A stretch of DNA of 64,000 nt from the human T2T-CHM13v2.0 reference genome, Homo sapiens: NCBI RefSeq assembly GCF_009914755.1, contig NC_060928.1. One strand, given 5' to 3'. Below, piece after piece: positions 29,925 through 46,099 of the stretch. Under the pieces are notes generated by a model. The model searched no databases. It was not told the DNA's origin and saw only the letters and a list, made by a program, of their open reading frames with translations. A program made the position numbers and the translations under genes. Numbering within the stretch: the stretch's first letter is position 1; each line of letters opens with the position of its first letter.

Positions 29925-32900
29925 AATTTTATTTCAACTTTTTGAGGAAGTGTCATACTGTTTTCCACAGTGACTATACCATTTTATATTCCAACAATAG
30001 TGTACAAAGTTTCCAGTTACTCCACATCATCGCCAACATGTTACTTTCTCTTTTTTTGATAGTAGCCATCCTAATGGGTATGAAATGATGTTATCTTATT
30101 ATAGTTTTCATTTGCATTTCCCTAATGATTAATGATATTGAGCATCTTTTCTTGTGCTCATTAACCATTTATATATCTACTCAGGAAAAAAATGTCTATT
30201 GAAGTCCTTTGGCCATTTTTGGATCAACTTGTTTTTTTTTGTTGTTGTTGTTGTTATTGTTGAGTCTTAAGAGATCTGTAAATATTCTGGTTATTAATGT
30301 CTTACTGAAAATGTGATTTGTAAATATTTTCTCCCATTTGTGAGTTGACTTTTTACTCTGTTGATAGTGTCTTTTGATGCACAAAATTTTAAAATTTTCA
30401 TGAAGTCCAGTTTGCCTAATTTTTGTTGTTATCATCTGTGCCTTTGGTATTGTATCCAAGAGATCACCAAATCCAATGTTGTGAAGATTTTGCACTATGT
30501 TTTCTTCTATGAGTTTTATAGTTTTAGAACTTGCATTCAGGTCTTTAATCCATTTTGACTTAATTTTTGGATATGGTGTTAGATAAAGGCCCAGCTTCAT
30601 TCTTTTGCATATAGATATCCAGTTTTCCTAGCACCATTTGTTGGAAGACTGCACTTTCTCCCATTGAATGGTAATGGGAGAAAGGACAAGCACAAACCCT
30701 TGTTGTAAATCATTTGACCATATATTCAAGGTTTTATTTCTAGTTCTGTTCTATTCTGTTTGTCTGTACATCTGTCTTTATGCCAATAGCACACTGTTTT
30801 GATTATTATAGCTTTCTAGGAAGTTTTTAAATCTGGAAGAAATAGGAATCTTCCAGATATGTTCTTCTTTTTTCAACATTGTTTTGGCTATTTGGGGTTT
30901 CTCGTAGGGTCTTTGGTGTTGGTATCAAGGTAATACTGGCCTCACAGAATGAATTAAGAAGTGTTTTCTATTTTTTAATTGTGTGGGAAAGTTTTTGTTT
31001 TGTTTTGTTTTGTTTGTTTGTTTGTTTGAAAGACAGGATCTCCCTATGTTGCCCAGGCTGGAGTACAGTGACTGTTCACAGGCTTGATCATAGCACATGC
31101 ACTGTACCCTTGGACTCCTGGCCTCAAGCAATTCTCTTGCCTCAACTCTCTGAGTATCTGGGACTATAGTTGCACATCACCATGCCCAGATCAATTTTTT
31201 GAAAAGTTTGAGAAACATTGGTGTTAGCTCTTCTTTAAATGTTTAGTAGAATTAACCAGTGAAGCCATCAGGACCAAGGCTTTTCTTTGTCAGAGTTTTG
31301 ATTATTGATGAATATTTTTACTAGTTACAGGTCTGTTCAGATTTTCTATTTCTTTGTGATTTAGTCTTGGTTGACTTTGTGTTTCTAGAAATTTGTTCAT
31401 TTTATCCAGGTTATCCAATTTGTTGGTGTACAATTGGTCATAGTACTCTCTTATAATCCTTTTTATTTCTTTAGAGTCAGTGGTAATATTCGCAGTTTCA
31501 TTTCTTATTTTAATAATTTGAGTCTTCTCTCTTTTTTCTTAGTCCTTCTAGCTCAAGGTTTGTTAATTTTGTTGAACTTTTTGAAAAGCCAACTTTGGTT
31601 TCAGTTATTATCTCTATTGTTTTCCTATTCTCCATTTCATTTATCTCTGCTCTACTTTTTATTATTTTATTTTCTTTCTTCTGCTAGCTTCTAGCCTAGT
31701 TTGCCCATTTTTTCCAGTTCCTGAAGTTGCAAAGTTGGCTGTTGATTTGAAACCTTTCTTGTTTTTTAATCTAAGCCTCTATAGCTATAAATTTGCCACT
31801 TAACATCACTCTCACTGAATCCCGTAAGTTTTGATATGTCATGGTTTTGCCATTTGTCTCTAAGTATTTCTAATTTCTCTTATAATTTCTTCTTTAATCC
31901 ATTGGCTGTTTAAGACTGTGTTGTTTAATTTCCATAGATTTGTAAATTTTCCAGTTTTCCTTCTGTGACTGATTTCTACCTCCATCTCTGTGGTCAGAGA
32001 AGCTACTTTGTATCATCTCTGTTTTTTAAAAATCTATTGAAACTTAATTAGTGACCTAATATATGTTCTATCTGGAAAATGTCCCATGTGCATTTACATG
32101 GAATGTGTATGCTGTAGTTCTTGGGTAAAGTGTTCAGTATATTGTTAGATCTAGTTGGTTTATCATGTAAATACTCTAGTTGGTTTATCATGTAAATACT
32201 TCATTTCCTTATTTCCTGTCTAGTGGTTCTATCCATCATTGAGAATAGGATATTGAAGTCCACTGTTACACTAGAATTGTCTATATCTCCCTTCATTTTT
32301 TGTTAGTTTTTGCTTCATACATTTTCAAGTCTGTTGTAGGTACATAAATGTTTATAGCTGTTGTATCTTCTTGCTGTATTGAAACTTTTGTTAATATATA
32401 ATGTCTTTCTGTCTCCCATAACCTCTTTTATTTAAAGTCTATTTTGTGTGATATAAGTACAGTCACCTTGCTCTCTTTTGGTTACTATTTGCATGGAGGG
32501 TCTTTTTCTGTCCTTTAACTTTTAATATATTTATGTCTTTAGATCTAAAATGAATCTCTTATAGATCACATGTAGTTTTGTCTTTTTAAATTTATTCTGC
32601 CAACCTGTCTTTTGATTGGAGAGTTGAATGCATTTACATTTAAAGTAATTGCTGATGAGGAGATATTTCTCTCATTTTTCTATTTGTTTTCTATGTGTCT
32701 TATAGCTTTTATGCCTCTCATTTTCTGTATTGCTGTCTTCTTTTGGGTTTAGTTGGGGTTTTTGTGTGTGTGTGTAGTGAAATGTTTACATTTCTTTCTC
32801 ATTTTCTCTTCTCTTTTGTGTATATTCCACAGCTATTTTCTTTGTGCTTCCCGTGAGGATTATATTTAACAACCTAAAATTGTAACACTCTAGTTTAAAT

Positions 32901-34958
32901 TAATACCAATTTAACTTTAGTAACATACAAAATTTGTATTACTTTACGGCTCTATCCTCACCCCTTTCACTTGATGATATCAGAATGTTACATCTGTGTA
33001 CAGTGCGTACACAAACCCAGAAATTATGTAGAAAACAAAATGTGGAGTTGCAATCCAAAGTTACAATAATACTGATTTTTAAATAATGACTTTTCAAATG
33101 TACGAGTTTCTTAAATCATACAGAAAGCAAAAAATGGAGTTACAAACCTTTGTTACAATAGTATTATTTTTATAACTGCCCATGTGTGTTTTTTAAAGAT
33201 CTTTCTTCACTCAGAGTCTAGTTACTGTCTTGTATCTTTTCATTTTACTCTGTAGGACTCCTGTGAGCATTTCTTGAAGGTCAGGTCTCAGCATTCATTT
33301 ATGTGAAAAAGTCTGAATATCTCTCTCACTTTTGAAGGACAGTTTGCTGGATATGGCATTCTTGATTAATGGCTTTTTTCTTTTACCACATTGAATATGT
33401 CAGCCCATTGCTTGTGGTCCTCAAGTTTCTGATGAGAAATCTGCTAATAATTGTATAGAGGATCCTTTATATTTAATGAGTCATTACTGTCTTGCAGCTT
33501 TCAAAGTTCTGTCTTTGCCTTTGACCTTCAACAGTTTGATTATAATGTGTCCTAGTGTGGGACTCTTTGAATTCATCTTACATGGAGTTTATTGAGTTTC
33601 TTGGATGTTTATATTAATGTCTTTCATCAAATTTGGGAAATTTTCAGCCATTATTTCTTCAAATATTCTCTCTACCCCTTCCTCAATTTCTCTCATCTTT
33701 CTGAGACTCCTACCTTGCATATCGGTTGGCTTGATGGTGTCCCATAAGTTCCTATGGCTCTGTTAACTTCAATTTTTTTTCCTTTCTGTTTCACAGCCTC
33801 AATTATTTCCATTTCCCTATCTTCAAGTTTGCTGATTCTTTCTTCTACCTGCTCAAATCTGCCTTTGAATCCCTCTACTGAGTTTTTATTTTAGTATTAT
33901 ACCTTCCAGCTCCATAATTTCCTTTTGGTTTCTTTTTTGGTTTGCTATCTCTTTATTGATGTTTCTGTTTTGTTCATATATTTTTTCTTGATTTTCTCCA
34001 CATTTATTTAGTTTTTTGAGAATCTATGGACAGTTGTTTTAAAGTCTTTCTATAGCAAATCTGCCATCAGGTCTTTTTCAAGGACAGTTGTCAATTTTTT
34101 TTTTTTTGGCCCTTTAAATGGGCCATATGTTTCAAGTTCTTTGTATTATTTGTGATCTTGTTGTTGTTGTTGAAAAAGGGACATATAAATCTAATAATGG
34201 GGAATCTCTGGAAATCAGATTCTTTTTATTCCCAGCGTTTTTGTTGTTGTTGTTATTGTTTTAGTTTTAGTTTTTTTGAATGTTGTTTGTTCTCCTTCTG
34301 CCCAGGATCAGCCTGAGGTATAAATCTAACATCTTGGGACTTTTCTTAGCCTTCACTTTTCATTGAGCGCATGTGGTCACTTTCTAATTTCCCCCTTATA
34401 CACAGTTGTTTTTGAATGACCTAGTCTTTAACATCTGGCTCCCAAAGGGAATAAAAGAGAAAATGAAGAGGAGGGAGAGCATTGTTCCTTTAAATCTTCT
34501 GAAAGTTACTTCAGCCAGAGGGGAAGGGGCTTGCAACAATCAAGGGAAGTTCAACAACAGTGTTTCCTTCCTCCGATCTTCACCCTTACTTCTTTGTTTG
34601 CACCTCTCTGGTCAGAAGAAGCAATCAGAGTACAGATACCAGACATTTGGAGGATGGGGTGCTTTTTTCCCTTTCTGGGTCCTTTAAGCTGCTTGTAAGC
34701 TGTTCCTGGGACTCATGCATTCCTGCCTGTTGAGGGGATTGGGGTGGGTGATGCATATATGCGGCTATGCTAGAAGCTGACATTGATCAAAATTAACTGA
34801 AATTTACCATCCAAGCTTTCTCCTAAAAGTTGCAAGACTTCAGTAGACTCCAGAGTTCTAAAATAATTACAGCAGACAGTAGCTGCCAGTGCAATTTTTG
34901 TCTAGGTGGGGAAACAGATTCTTGGTGCTTCCTACTGCACCATCTTCCCAGAATCCAC
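29925..34958 (-). mobile_element. Old L1M (L1MB/MC-like) with internal deletions, 5' end to late ORF2
   Basis: Minus-strand ORF 30196-30600 (YLTPYPKIKSKWIKDLN...WEKIFTNH) is L1 ORF2. T-rich plus strand; 5'-end-like GGAAGATGGTGCAGTAGGAAGCACC on the minus strand. Confidence 0.8.
30992..31197 (-). mobile_element. AluJ/FRAM right monomer inserted in the L1M
   Basis: (GTTTT)n tail, then GTTGCCCAGGCTGGAGTACAGTG. Confidence 0.85.
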
Positions 34959-35145
34959 TTTATAGATGATTCTTACAACAACCCTAGGAGGTAGTTTTAT
35001 TCGCCTTTTATAGATGAAGAAGCAGAGGCTTAGATCCCAAGCCCATACAGCTATCAGGACCCCAAGCCAGGGGTGTCTATTTTCAAAGCTAGTAAGCCAC
35101 ATTGCCCTTTATTTTTTGAAAATTTGTATCAGGGCAGAGTGTTTT

Positions 35146-36440
<1,295 letters not shown>

Positions 36441-37330
36441 TTAAAAAGTGATTCTTGAAAATTTATCATTTGAAATTTTCTAAATTTGGATAAAAATGTA
36501 AGAGTATCACAAATGAAAAAAATTTTATAATAGTTTTACGTTAAAGTGATTGCCCAATTTATATGTCATTTCTTATGTGCTTTTTATTATAAAAATAATT
36601 TATTTCTCAGAAACATTTACCATAAATATATTTTCTAGAAGTAAGAGAAAGCTTTAGGACAAACTAAATCTTTTGTGGCTATATGTAGACATTTTAGGTA
36701 TAATTCTGCCGTATTAGCATAGTTCAGACTTACACATTCAGTTTCTTATAACTCTTCTAAATGAAGTAAATTACTATCATGTGTAGCTTCATCCTGATGA
36801 AGTTTAATTTTTACTTAATTGGTAATTAATCCAGGTTAGATTTTCTAGTTAATTTGATTGAAATTGTCATCTTCATATAATCATACCATTTTCTAGCAGA
36901 TTTACAATTGAACTGTCATTTCCATACAGATACAAAAATTAGAATCTCAGAAGTTAAAACAACTCAGGTTAGAATAAGAGTTGGCAGCTCTTTGCTTGTA
37001 TCACAGGATTGCACACCAGTACGTACTGTCTAACATACCACTTCTGGCATTATCACCTTACAATCGCCAATATTCTCCTTAGAGCAGTCTCAGATAGCTT
37101 GTCTTCTCTAGGGCAACAGGGACTCTAGGGAGATATATTTAATCATAGAGCTTCTTCTAAAATTACTGTGCTTCTACGAGTCTGCTAAACTAAGGGAAAG
37201 TTAATACAAATGTTTCTTTAGGAATTGTTTTTCCTCTAGGCAATAGTAGAAAGTTGTTTGTAAGTATATTTTCTTGTTGTATTATTTTACCCTAATTATA
37301 TATGTTTATTGTTGTATTTGTTGATTGGTT

Positions 37331-38140
37331 CTATTAGTTTATTATTGCTGCCATAAATTTAGTTGAGTTTGAAATTGGTTTCATTGGGCTTGAATCAAGG
37401 CATTGGCAGGGCTGTGTTACTTGTGGATGCTCCAGAGGAGAATCTGGGTTTTTCTTGCCATTTATAGAACCTAGAGTGCCCTTTATAGAACCTAGTGTAT
37501 TCCTTGGCTTGTGTCCCCTTCCTCTGTCTTCAAAGCCAGCAGAGAGCATCATCACATCTCTTTCTGACTTTGACCCTGCTGCTTCTCTCTTTCATGTATA
37601 AGAATCCTTGGTTACATTGGGCCCAGCCAGACAATCCTAAATAATCTCCCCATTTAAAAATCTTCTATTTAATCACATCTGCATAATCCCATTTGTCACA
37701 TAAGTCACATTTTGTGTGACTATACCAGAATACCTGAGGCTAGGTAATTTATAAAGAAAAGAGGCTTATTTGGCTCATGATTCTGGTGGCTGGAAAGTCT
37801 AAGATTGAACAGCCTATCTAGTGAAGGTCTTATGCTGCTTCAACTCATGGCACAAAATGGAAGGGTAAGCAGGTATATACAAAGAGACCAAACATGAGAA
37901 GGAGCAACCTGCTTTCATGGCAGCTAGTCCTGTCCCACAGAGATACATTAATCTATTCATAAAGGATCTGCCCACATGACCCAGACACCTCCCACTAGGC
38001 CCATCTCCCAACACTACCACATTGGGAATCATATTTCAACAGGAGTTTTCACAGGAAAAAACCATATCCAAACTGGTAGCACACAAATTTCAGGGATTAG
38101 GATGTGGACATCTTCGGGGGCCATTATGCTACCTACCACA
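37331..38140 (-). mobile_element. MLT1-type MaLR LTR with a nested MST/MLT1A-type LTR (approx. 37710-38081)
   Basis: MLT1 motifs (GGATTAGGATGTGGACATCT...CTACCACA) interrupted by GGTAATTTATAAAGAAAAGAGGCTTATTTGGCTCATGATTCTG. Confidence 0.75.
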
Positions 38141-39177
38141 GTGGTATGTGAAAGTTTGGCAGGAGAAGAGATTAATATTTATAAATTTAGAATTTTTAGA
38201 GCCTAATGGTTTTTCTTAATTATTGGAAAATATTTATTATATTAATAGGTCAAAAAAAATTCACATGATTATCTTAATAGACGCCAAAAATTTATTTGAG
38301 ACCATATTTGATAATATCGATTTTTAAAAAGTATTCAGTTGTAGTAAAACAAATCACAACATAAAATTGACCACTTAACCATTTCTAAGGGTACAGTTTA
38401 GCACTGTTAAGTATATTCACATTGTTTTGCAACTTAATATTCATTTTTATACTTTTTATACACTAGAAATCAAGTATTAATATATTTTCTTGACATAATA
38501 GTATTTATCTGAAACCAACATTTGCAATATTAATGTAAGTTAATGTTACTCATTAGTGAAATACTAGAGATGTTCCCACTAAAGGAAGGAAAGAACATAT
38601 CATTTTGGAATTTCTCAACAATGGAATAAGAAAAATAAAATAATAAATAACAGAAAGGACACAACATTATTGTTAACTATAGTTATTTAAAAATTCAAGG
38701 GATTGGACTGAAAGCCAGTAGAACTAATAAGATGATTCAGTTAACTGCCTCTTTACTGAATAAAATATTAAAATCCCTTACTCTTTTAAATATGAGTAAT
38801 AATGATTTAGACTATGTAATAGAAAATAGAGTTAGGCAACATAAGGTATTGGGCTTGTTCACACAGCTCCCTTTTAGACTGTAAACATATAGAAATGCTG
38901 GAAAAAGAACACAAGGGATATAAATATACAGCCAAATAGCCATCACATTTTTCAATGTGTATACTCTCTGACTGGGCAATTCTATTCCTATGTATTTGTT
39001 CCACAGAGACACTCATATGTGTAAAATGATACAGTAAAAGGCTAATTGTTTTGGTATTGTCAGAAACAGCATAAAGTTGAAAATGAATGTTCATATATTG
39101 GGGAGTAACCCATTAAATGAATCATGGAGTACATATTCAGTGAAACATGATACAGCCCTTTAAAAATGAATGCAGCG

Positions 39178-39457
<280 letters not shown>

Positions 39458-39499
39458 TTGTTTTAAGAAGCAGGTACCAAACATTGTGTATGGTGCTCC

Positions 39500-41390
39500 T
39501 ACCACTTGAACTGAAACTACTCTCGTCAAGGTCATCAAGAACTAAACCCAATGACCAATTATCCATCCTCCTTTTAACTAATCTCTCAACAGCATTTGAT
39601 TCATTTTTGCTGTTTCTTCACTTGGGTTTCAAGACACCACATTCTTTTTAGTTTTCCTCTTACTTTTCTAGTCACCAGTGGCAAATTCAGCATTTTGCGG
39701 ACCTAAAGCTTATAAAATTTGGAAGGCCTTCTTTAAGAAAAAGAATATCATATTATAAATACAAAACCAGATAAGAACACATATTTTTGTTTTGAATGAG
39801 GAAAAATTTGTAACAGATTATTAGAACTATAGAGATTCAGGTGTTTTTCTTCTGAGATCTTATTAAACAGTTTACCTTTTCTAGAAACAGTTTCTAGAAA
39901 TGCATACATAGAAATGCTTTCTGATTACACACTGACTTACTTTCCTTGCCTAGGACACTCTGCGTCTCCCAGCAACTTGCAGCACTCACAGAGCATCATG
40001 GTAAATCCACCTTTGATGGTTACTCACTACTCAGTTGTCTAGGCTGGTTCCTTCTCTTTTCTCCAATATCCTAGAATGCCTCAAGTCTCAGTTCTTGGTC
40101 TTCTTTTCTCTAGTTACACTCACTCACTTGATGATTCCACCAAGCTCACCTATTTTGTGGCTTTCACTACCATCTATATGTTGATAACTCTCAAATTTGT
40201 ATCTTCAGTTTAAACTTTTCTTCTATACTCCATACAAGTATCTCCAATTACCTCTTCAATTTTTCCATTTAGATGTCTTGCAGACATCTCAAATTTAGCA
40301 TGTTGAAAAATGAACCCATGATCTCACTCCCCAAACTGTTCTGCCTGCCACTTTCCCTGTCTCAGTTAAAGGTGTTCCACTCGCTGAGATCAAACATCCT
40401 TCTACCTTCAACTTCCACATGTTACTCTCCTTGACTGCTGTCTTTCTCCAAAATATCATCTCAATCTATCAGTAACTCCCGTTGGCCCTGCCGTCACAGT
40501 GTATTTAGAATCTGACTTTTCCCCACTTTCACTGTATTGTAAGATGGGTTCCCAGGGAAGCCAATTTAGATGGAGACGAGGATACCAAAGGATTATTAGC
40601 GAGTGCTCTTGGAATCAACACATGTATAAGTGCAGTTAATGAAGCAGGATTGAGCATAAGGACAATTCTAGCTGCAATACAGTTTAAATGAAACCCTCAG
40701 CCAATGCTGCAGAGAGTTCTAAAGATGGAATAAACTGTCAGACCCATCCTGAGCTGGGGACAAGCATTTCAGACCTTTTTCCCTTGCATCCTCTTCATCA
40801 GATATAGGCCATTTCAGGAAAAGGGTGTGACCTTGATATTTGAGCAAAATAGCTCTCTCCAGCAGAGGTAGTCCATGAAAAGAGCTGGCTGCTGAGGGCT
40901 ATTTGCTACAGCACTACCAGCTGCTATAGTTAGTCCTTCATTCCTAGAGGAGGATCTCTGGGTGGTGTGTCATACATCTGCCACACACTGCTGCCATCTT
41001 AGTGAAAGCCACTGTCAATAGTCTCCTAACAAGTCTCCTGGAATGCTTTTGCACATATATCCGCATGCTAAGTTTCTCAACTCCTTTCAATCTTTGATTA
41101 GATATCACCTTCTCAAGGAAGCCTACACTGAACAGCCTCTTTAAAGTGTCACCCACTCTTTCTCTGTTCCCCTTTATCTTGTTTCCATAGCACTTGCTAC
41201 CTAATACACTATATAATGTAATTATCTATCATATTTGCTATTTGTTACACACATTCTGCTCCATCATAATTAAACTCCATAAAAGAGGTGTTTTGTTTGT
41301 TTCCTTTTATGTATTCCAAACACAAGGAACAGTGCCTGGTGCATAGTAGGGGCAGAAGAAGAGAATTAGTGAACTGACTAAAAAATAATC
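39500..41390 (+). mobile_element. L2 LINE interrupted by an hAT element (approx. 39677-40015) and an ERVL-type LTR (approx. 40533-40985)
   Basis: L2 motifs (CTCTCGTCAAGGTCATC, CAGCATTTGAT, 3' end GAACAGTGCCTGGTGCATAGTAGG). Nested calls are by resemblance only. Confidence 0.6.
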
Positions 41391-41928
41391 TGAGGAAGTC
41401 ATCCAGAATGGAACAGGGGGGATAAAAGTAAGTAAAAGGCATGGCAGGTTGAATACGTGTAGGTAAATCTTACAGCTTACAGGAGTCAGGTAGAAGTAAA
41501 TAAAGAAAATGTGGGAGAGGCATCGTTCAATTAAAAATGCCCAAAGCAATTGACCAGACAGGTGGTCCAGTTTTTGGAATTTAAATAACTAAAGGCGTAC
41601 ATATTTAGTCATAAGTAAATTCACTCTAGTGTTGTTTGTAGTTGGGGAAAAGTGGAAATAATTAAATGTTCAACAACAGTACAGGTTAAATAAATTATTG
41701 TTCTTTCATACAGTGGAATATTCTGCAACATAAAAATGTGTAAGAAATATTTATCTTACAATAGTGAAAAGAAACTACATATAATCCTGTTTGGTTTGAA
41801 AAAATTATATGTATGAGTATGTTAAAAAGCAGTCTGAAAGGATATACCTCAAATTATTAAGACTGATGGGATTATGGCTGTTTCCCCTTTTGTTTATCAT
41901 CTGTATTTCTTTATTTTTAAAATTAATC

Positions 41929-42174
<246 letters not shown>

Positions 42175-43046
42175 TGATTCCCAATCTCCATTACCTATCC
42201 TTTTTTCCAAAGCTGTATCCCCTTTCTTGTGTCTTGGACACAAGGATTTTTCCTCTCCCTTCACTCTTGCTGCTAGTTCAGCCTGACTCTGTGCACCTGT
42301 TCTGCCTTTTCAGTCATCTTGAGTTCTTTTCTTGGTAATATTTTTAGAATCCCAGGTCTTCTAATACTGAGACCCAGATTTCCTGTCACTAATGGCCTTA
42401 CTGGGTCTTGGACTGCTGCTCCCAAATTCCAGGCTGGTGTCCTCAATCTAGTACCTCCTAATGGACATCCTTGATCCTGACTTTCTACTGTGCCTATTTT
42501 CATCTCCACATAGAGTTGACATACTCTACCCTACTGGTCAGGACAGCTAGCTTCTACCCTTTATTAGGCAACCACTTGTTCTACTGCTGCTGCTGTCCTT
42601 TCTAAGTACCACGAGTTGCCTTCCCTCCCACCCTGACATGCCTAACTGCGTGATGCATCCCAGTATGAGTCAAGTTCATTTCCTGCACTTCCCAAATTGC
42701 TCTATGTCACAATAGTTACTCAGGGTCTTCTCCATACATTTTTCATCTGTTAAATTTCCCCCAGGTGCTTCTCTTGTCCAGATAGAAAACACAAGAGAAG
42801 AGTCAACTGTTAGTTAGCAGTTTGCATTTTCTGCTCTTCAAAGTTGAGGTAGCAAATGGTGAGAACTCTTTGGAAGAATTTGGCATCCCACTGTAATGCT
42901 TACCAAAGGTATACCGATAAAGGGCATTCTTCCCACCGCAAGGCACGGTACTTGAACTTGAAGGATGCCTCCTGAGTAGGAAATAATGAATTACCTGGTT
43001 TTATAATAGTGCTTAATTGCTATTTTTTTTCCAATGTTATATTCAG

Positions 43047-43131
43047 GTATTACTTTGTTTTTCCCGGGATACATCTGTGTTGAGTCACTTTGCATTCAAC
43101 AGTGCCTCGCCACCAAAATCATACATAAGAG
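43047..43131 (+). CDS. TBC1D19: TBC1D19 coding exon (85 nt, phase 0-1): VLLCFSRDTSVLSHFAFNSASPPKSYIR(G)
   Basis: TTCAG|GTA acceptor after a T-rich tract, GAG|GTAAAT donor, frame continuous. Confidence 0.9.
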
Positions 43132-45201
43132 GTAAATTTTTAATAATTTTAAGGAAGTATTAAGACTTACATAATCATGCCAAGAATATTTGTTTTATTT
43201 TTGGAGATAGTGGTGTTGCCAAATTATTATAAATTACTTAAGATTTCTCTCAGATGACCGTAATTATCCTTTCATACCTCAAATCAGTGCCCAAGTAATT
43301 TATCACAAATCACAGGAAAGTGGTTCCCAGAAGCAGCATTTCAAGTTACTTTCTCTGTCTTCCCTGTGTGCTCTACCCTTTATTGTTGTTTTTATGTCAT
43401 ATCTGTTGACTTTTCTTTTTCTTTCTAACTATAAGTTTATAACACAGATTTGCTTTTTCTACTTTTTTTTAACAATCTATACTTCTCTCAAAACGCTCCA
43501 CCACACACAAAACTTTGATACAATTTATATGCTTTTAGCTCTCCAATGTCTAGTTTAGTTATTTTTCTCCTCTTTATCACCAGCTGCTTATAAAATATCA
43601 ATATCCTGCCATCATCTGAAGATACAATTAACTTCAGCTGAATGCCCTTCCCAACTTTTCCTTTTTATTAAATGGTGAACACCCAACACTGAAAGCTCAG
43701 ACTTCATTGTGTATGGTCATTCTGCCATTTCCATGAAGAAAGAAACTTTCTCCTGTATCTCTTATGTCTGAACTATCTGCCTGATTGCTCCACCTCCTAC
43801 CCTAGGAGAGGCCACATAACCTTGTGCTGGATTTCAGCTACCCCTAACATAAGGTTTTCTTAGGTCCATTGCTTCTAAATTGAATTTATGGAAACCTTTT
43901 GTTTGTTTCTTTAAGTCTTCTGCTGAAAAACTGATTGTAAACTGAATTATCTACTGAGCTCACCTCTAAACTCAGCCAGGATTTTAAGGCCTTTGACCAG
44001 TTGATACTGTCCTAACCTAACTAACTTTGCTTCCCTGATTATTCCACAATACCCCATATTCGTTCTAGCCTCCCTATAGTCCCTGCATGTGGAAGGCTTC
44101 CCACTTTCCAACCTTAAAAATCATAGGTCCTTGAAGAACTAGCCAGTACCTCACCATGTCCACCAACCCATCATCTATTTCTCTCTCCTCTGAACTTCTA
44201 AACACTTAAAGTCTGTGCTAGAAAAGTTAGCAAATATACCCTAATGTTTCATGGTTTAGTCTGGACTATAAACCACATGGTTGAGAGAACATATATATGT
44301 TTGCCTCTCAGCATCTAGCCCAGTAATCAATTTTATCTACTTACCTACCTACCTATTCATTATTCCATTCTCTTCTTGCTCACAAGATCAATCCTTTTTG
44401 TTTCCACCCTAACCTGAACTGCTCACACTTCTTATTCTTCATTTCGTCTCTGTCACCACCCCTAACAAGAATAAAAAGAACTTTTTTTAACTAAAAATAT
44501 TACTCTTAGCCCAGTATAAAAATACAAGTGACTTTTCAATAAACTCAAAAGTGTTAGAAAAACTGTCAAAGTAAAAGCTATTTAAAGATATTCAGTGGAA
44601 GGTGGAAAAAACTGAGAACTTTTAAGAGTTTTAAAGGAAAGATACTTTTTAAAACTCTCTTAAATATTTGACTATTGTGAATATACTTTACTTTTCTGGG
44701 ACAACTCTGATTTCAAATATTCAGCCCCATTCTGAAATCATGTGAACTGTTTTGGTATTCAGAAAATATGACCACCATACAGCTAGTCATTTAATTTTTA
44801 ACTTTCAGCACATTCGATAAAAGTGTACACACAGTATTACAAAGCTTAAGACTTGCTTTAATGAATAGATTAGACTTATTTGTAATTAGCAAAACAATTT
44901 TATGCATAATAAATAGATACTTCTCTTCTTAAGTGCCTAAGGAACTTGAAAGCGTTTGTTCTTTTGGTTGTTTTGTGTCGCTTCTGTTGTACTTATGTTC
45001 GTGTTACTTTAATTGATGAAAGGGTTTGCTAATACCAAAAGATTGGCTGGTACATTTTTAAGTTAATTTCATATCATGAAATGACATATCAGTTTATAGT
45101 AGTTTTTAAAATTCCGTTGTTAGTACATTCACAAAATAAGTTGATTTTTAAAGATTTATTTACTTAATCATATTGAAATCCTCTATGGTTTTCTCTTATA
45201 G

Positions 45202-45246
45202 GAAAACTAGGACTGGAAGAATATGCTGTCTTTTACCCACCAAATG
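45202..45246 (+). CDS. TBC1D19: TBC1D19 coding exon (45 nt, phase 1-1): (G)KLGLEEYAVFYPPN(G)
   Basis: TTTTCTCTTATAG|GA acceptor, ATG|GTAAGA donor. Confidence 0.9.
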
Positions 45247-45847
45247 GTAAGAGTAATGCTATTGCTTCCTCTAGTGGGAAGTGAAAAAATTACAACTTTT
45301 ATAATCAAAATGTGACTTTCTTATTCTCTTTAATGGATAATCATTTATTATCTAAAATAAACCTTCCATAGAATGTATAATTTAATGAAATCCTCCACAT
45401 TTGTGGTAGGTTTGTGCTAAATTATGCATACTCTCTCTGATTCTCCCTGGGACCAACAGTAAACCTGTGAGAAAGCTGAGTATGCTTAGATCTAAGTCCA
45501 AGGCACTTCATTTTCCTGTGAAGAACACTAGCTAATCCAATGCAGACCTTCCTTTTGGGTTTTTTGGAGCTGGGCTTTACTCAATTGAGTGGATTATCTT
45601 GTATTGCACCTTATTGTTCTCATAATTTGACCAATGTAGTATTTATGAAACAAAAATATTATTAAAAGGTATCACTGAAATCACCTATTTTGATGTTATA
45701 AAGTGATCAAATATATAATGACCTCATTAGACATTAAATATTCTTTTGAGATAACTAGACAGGTTTTAAGATATGCTTCTTGGAAAAGCAATATATAGCA
45801 GTCCTTATGATAATATTAAGTTGCATCCTGAAGAAGTTCTTTTACTC

Positions 45848-46060
45848 CAGCAGAGTTAAGAACATGGGTTTTGTAATCCAGCAGACTTGGGTTCAGATCC
45901 CAATTCTTCCAGCTTATCCTATGACCTTAAGTAAGTTACATGACTTCTCTGAACTTCAGGTTCATCATCTGTACCATGTGGATAATAGATTACATGAGAT
46001 ATGGTATATAAAACCACAAAGTGCCTGACATGTAGTGAGTGCTCAGAAGATGTAGCTGTT
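45848..46060 (+). mobile_element. MIR SINE
   Basis: GACTTGGGTTCAGATCCC...TGACCTTAAGTAAGTTAC...GTGCCTGACATGTAGTGAGTGCTCA. Confidence 0.8.
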
Positions 46061-46099
46061 ATGAGTGTGTTTAACTTTACTGATCACTATATCTAAAAC

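Noticed and set aside
44621-44664. Imperfect AT-rich palindrome TTTAAGAGTTTTAAA...TTTAAAACTCTCTTAAA
   Set aside because: Short, low-complexity and weak; not a credible ncRNA.
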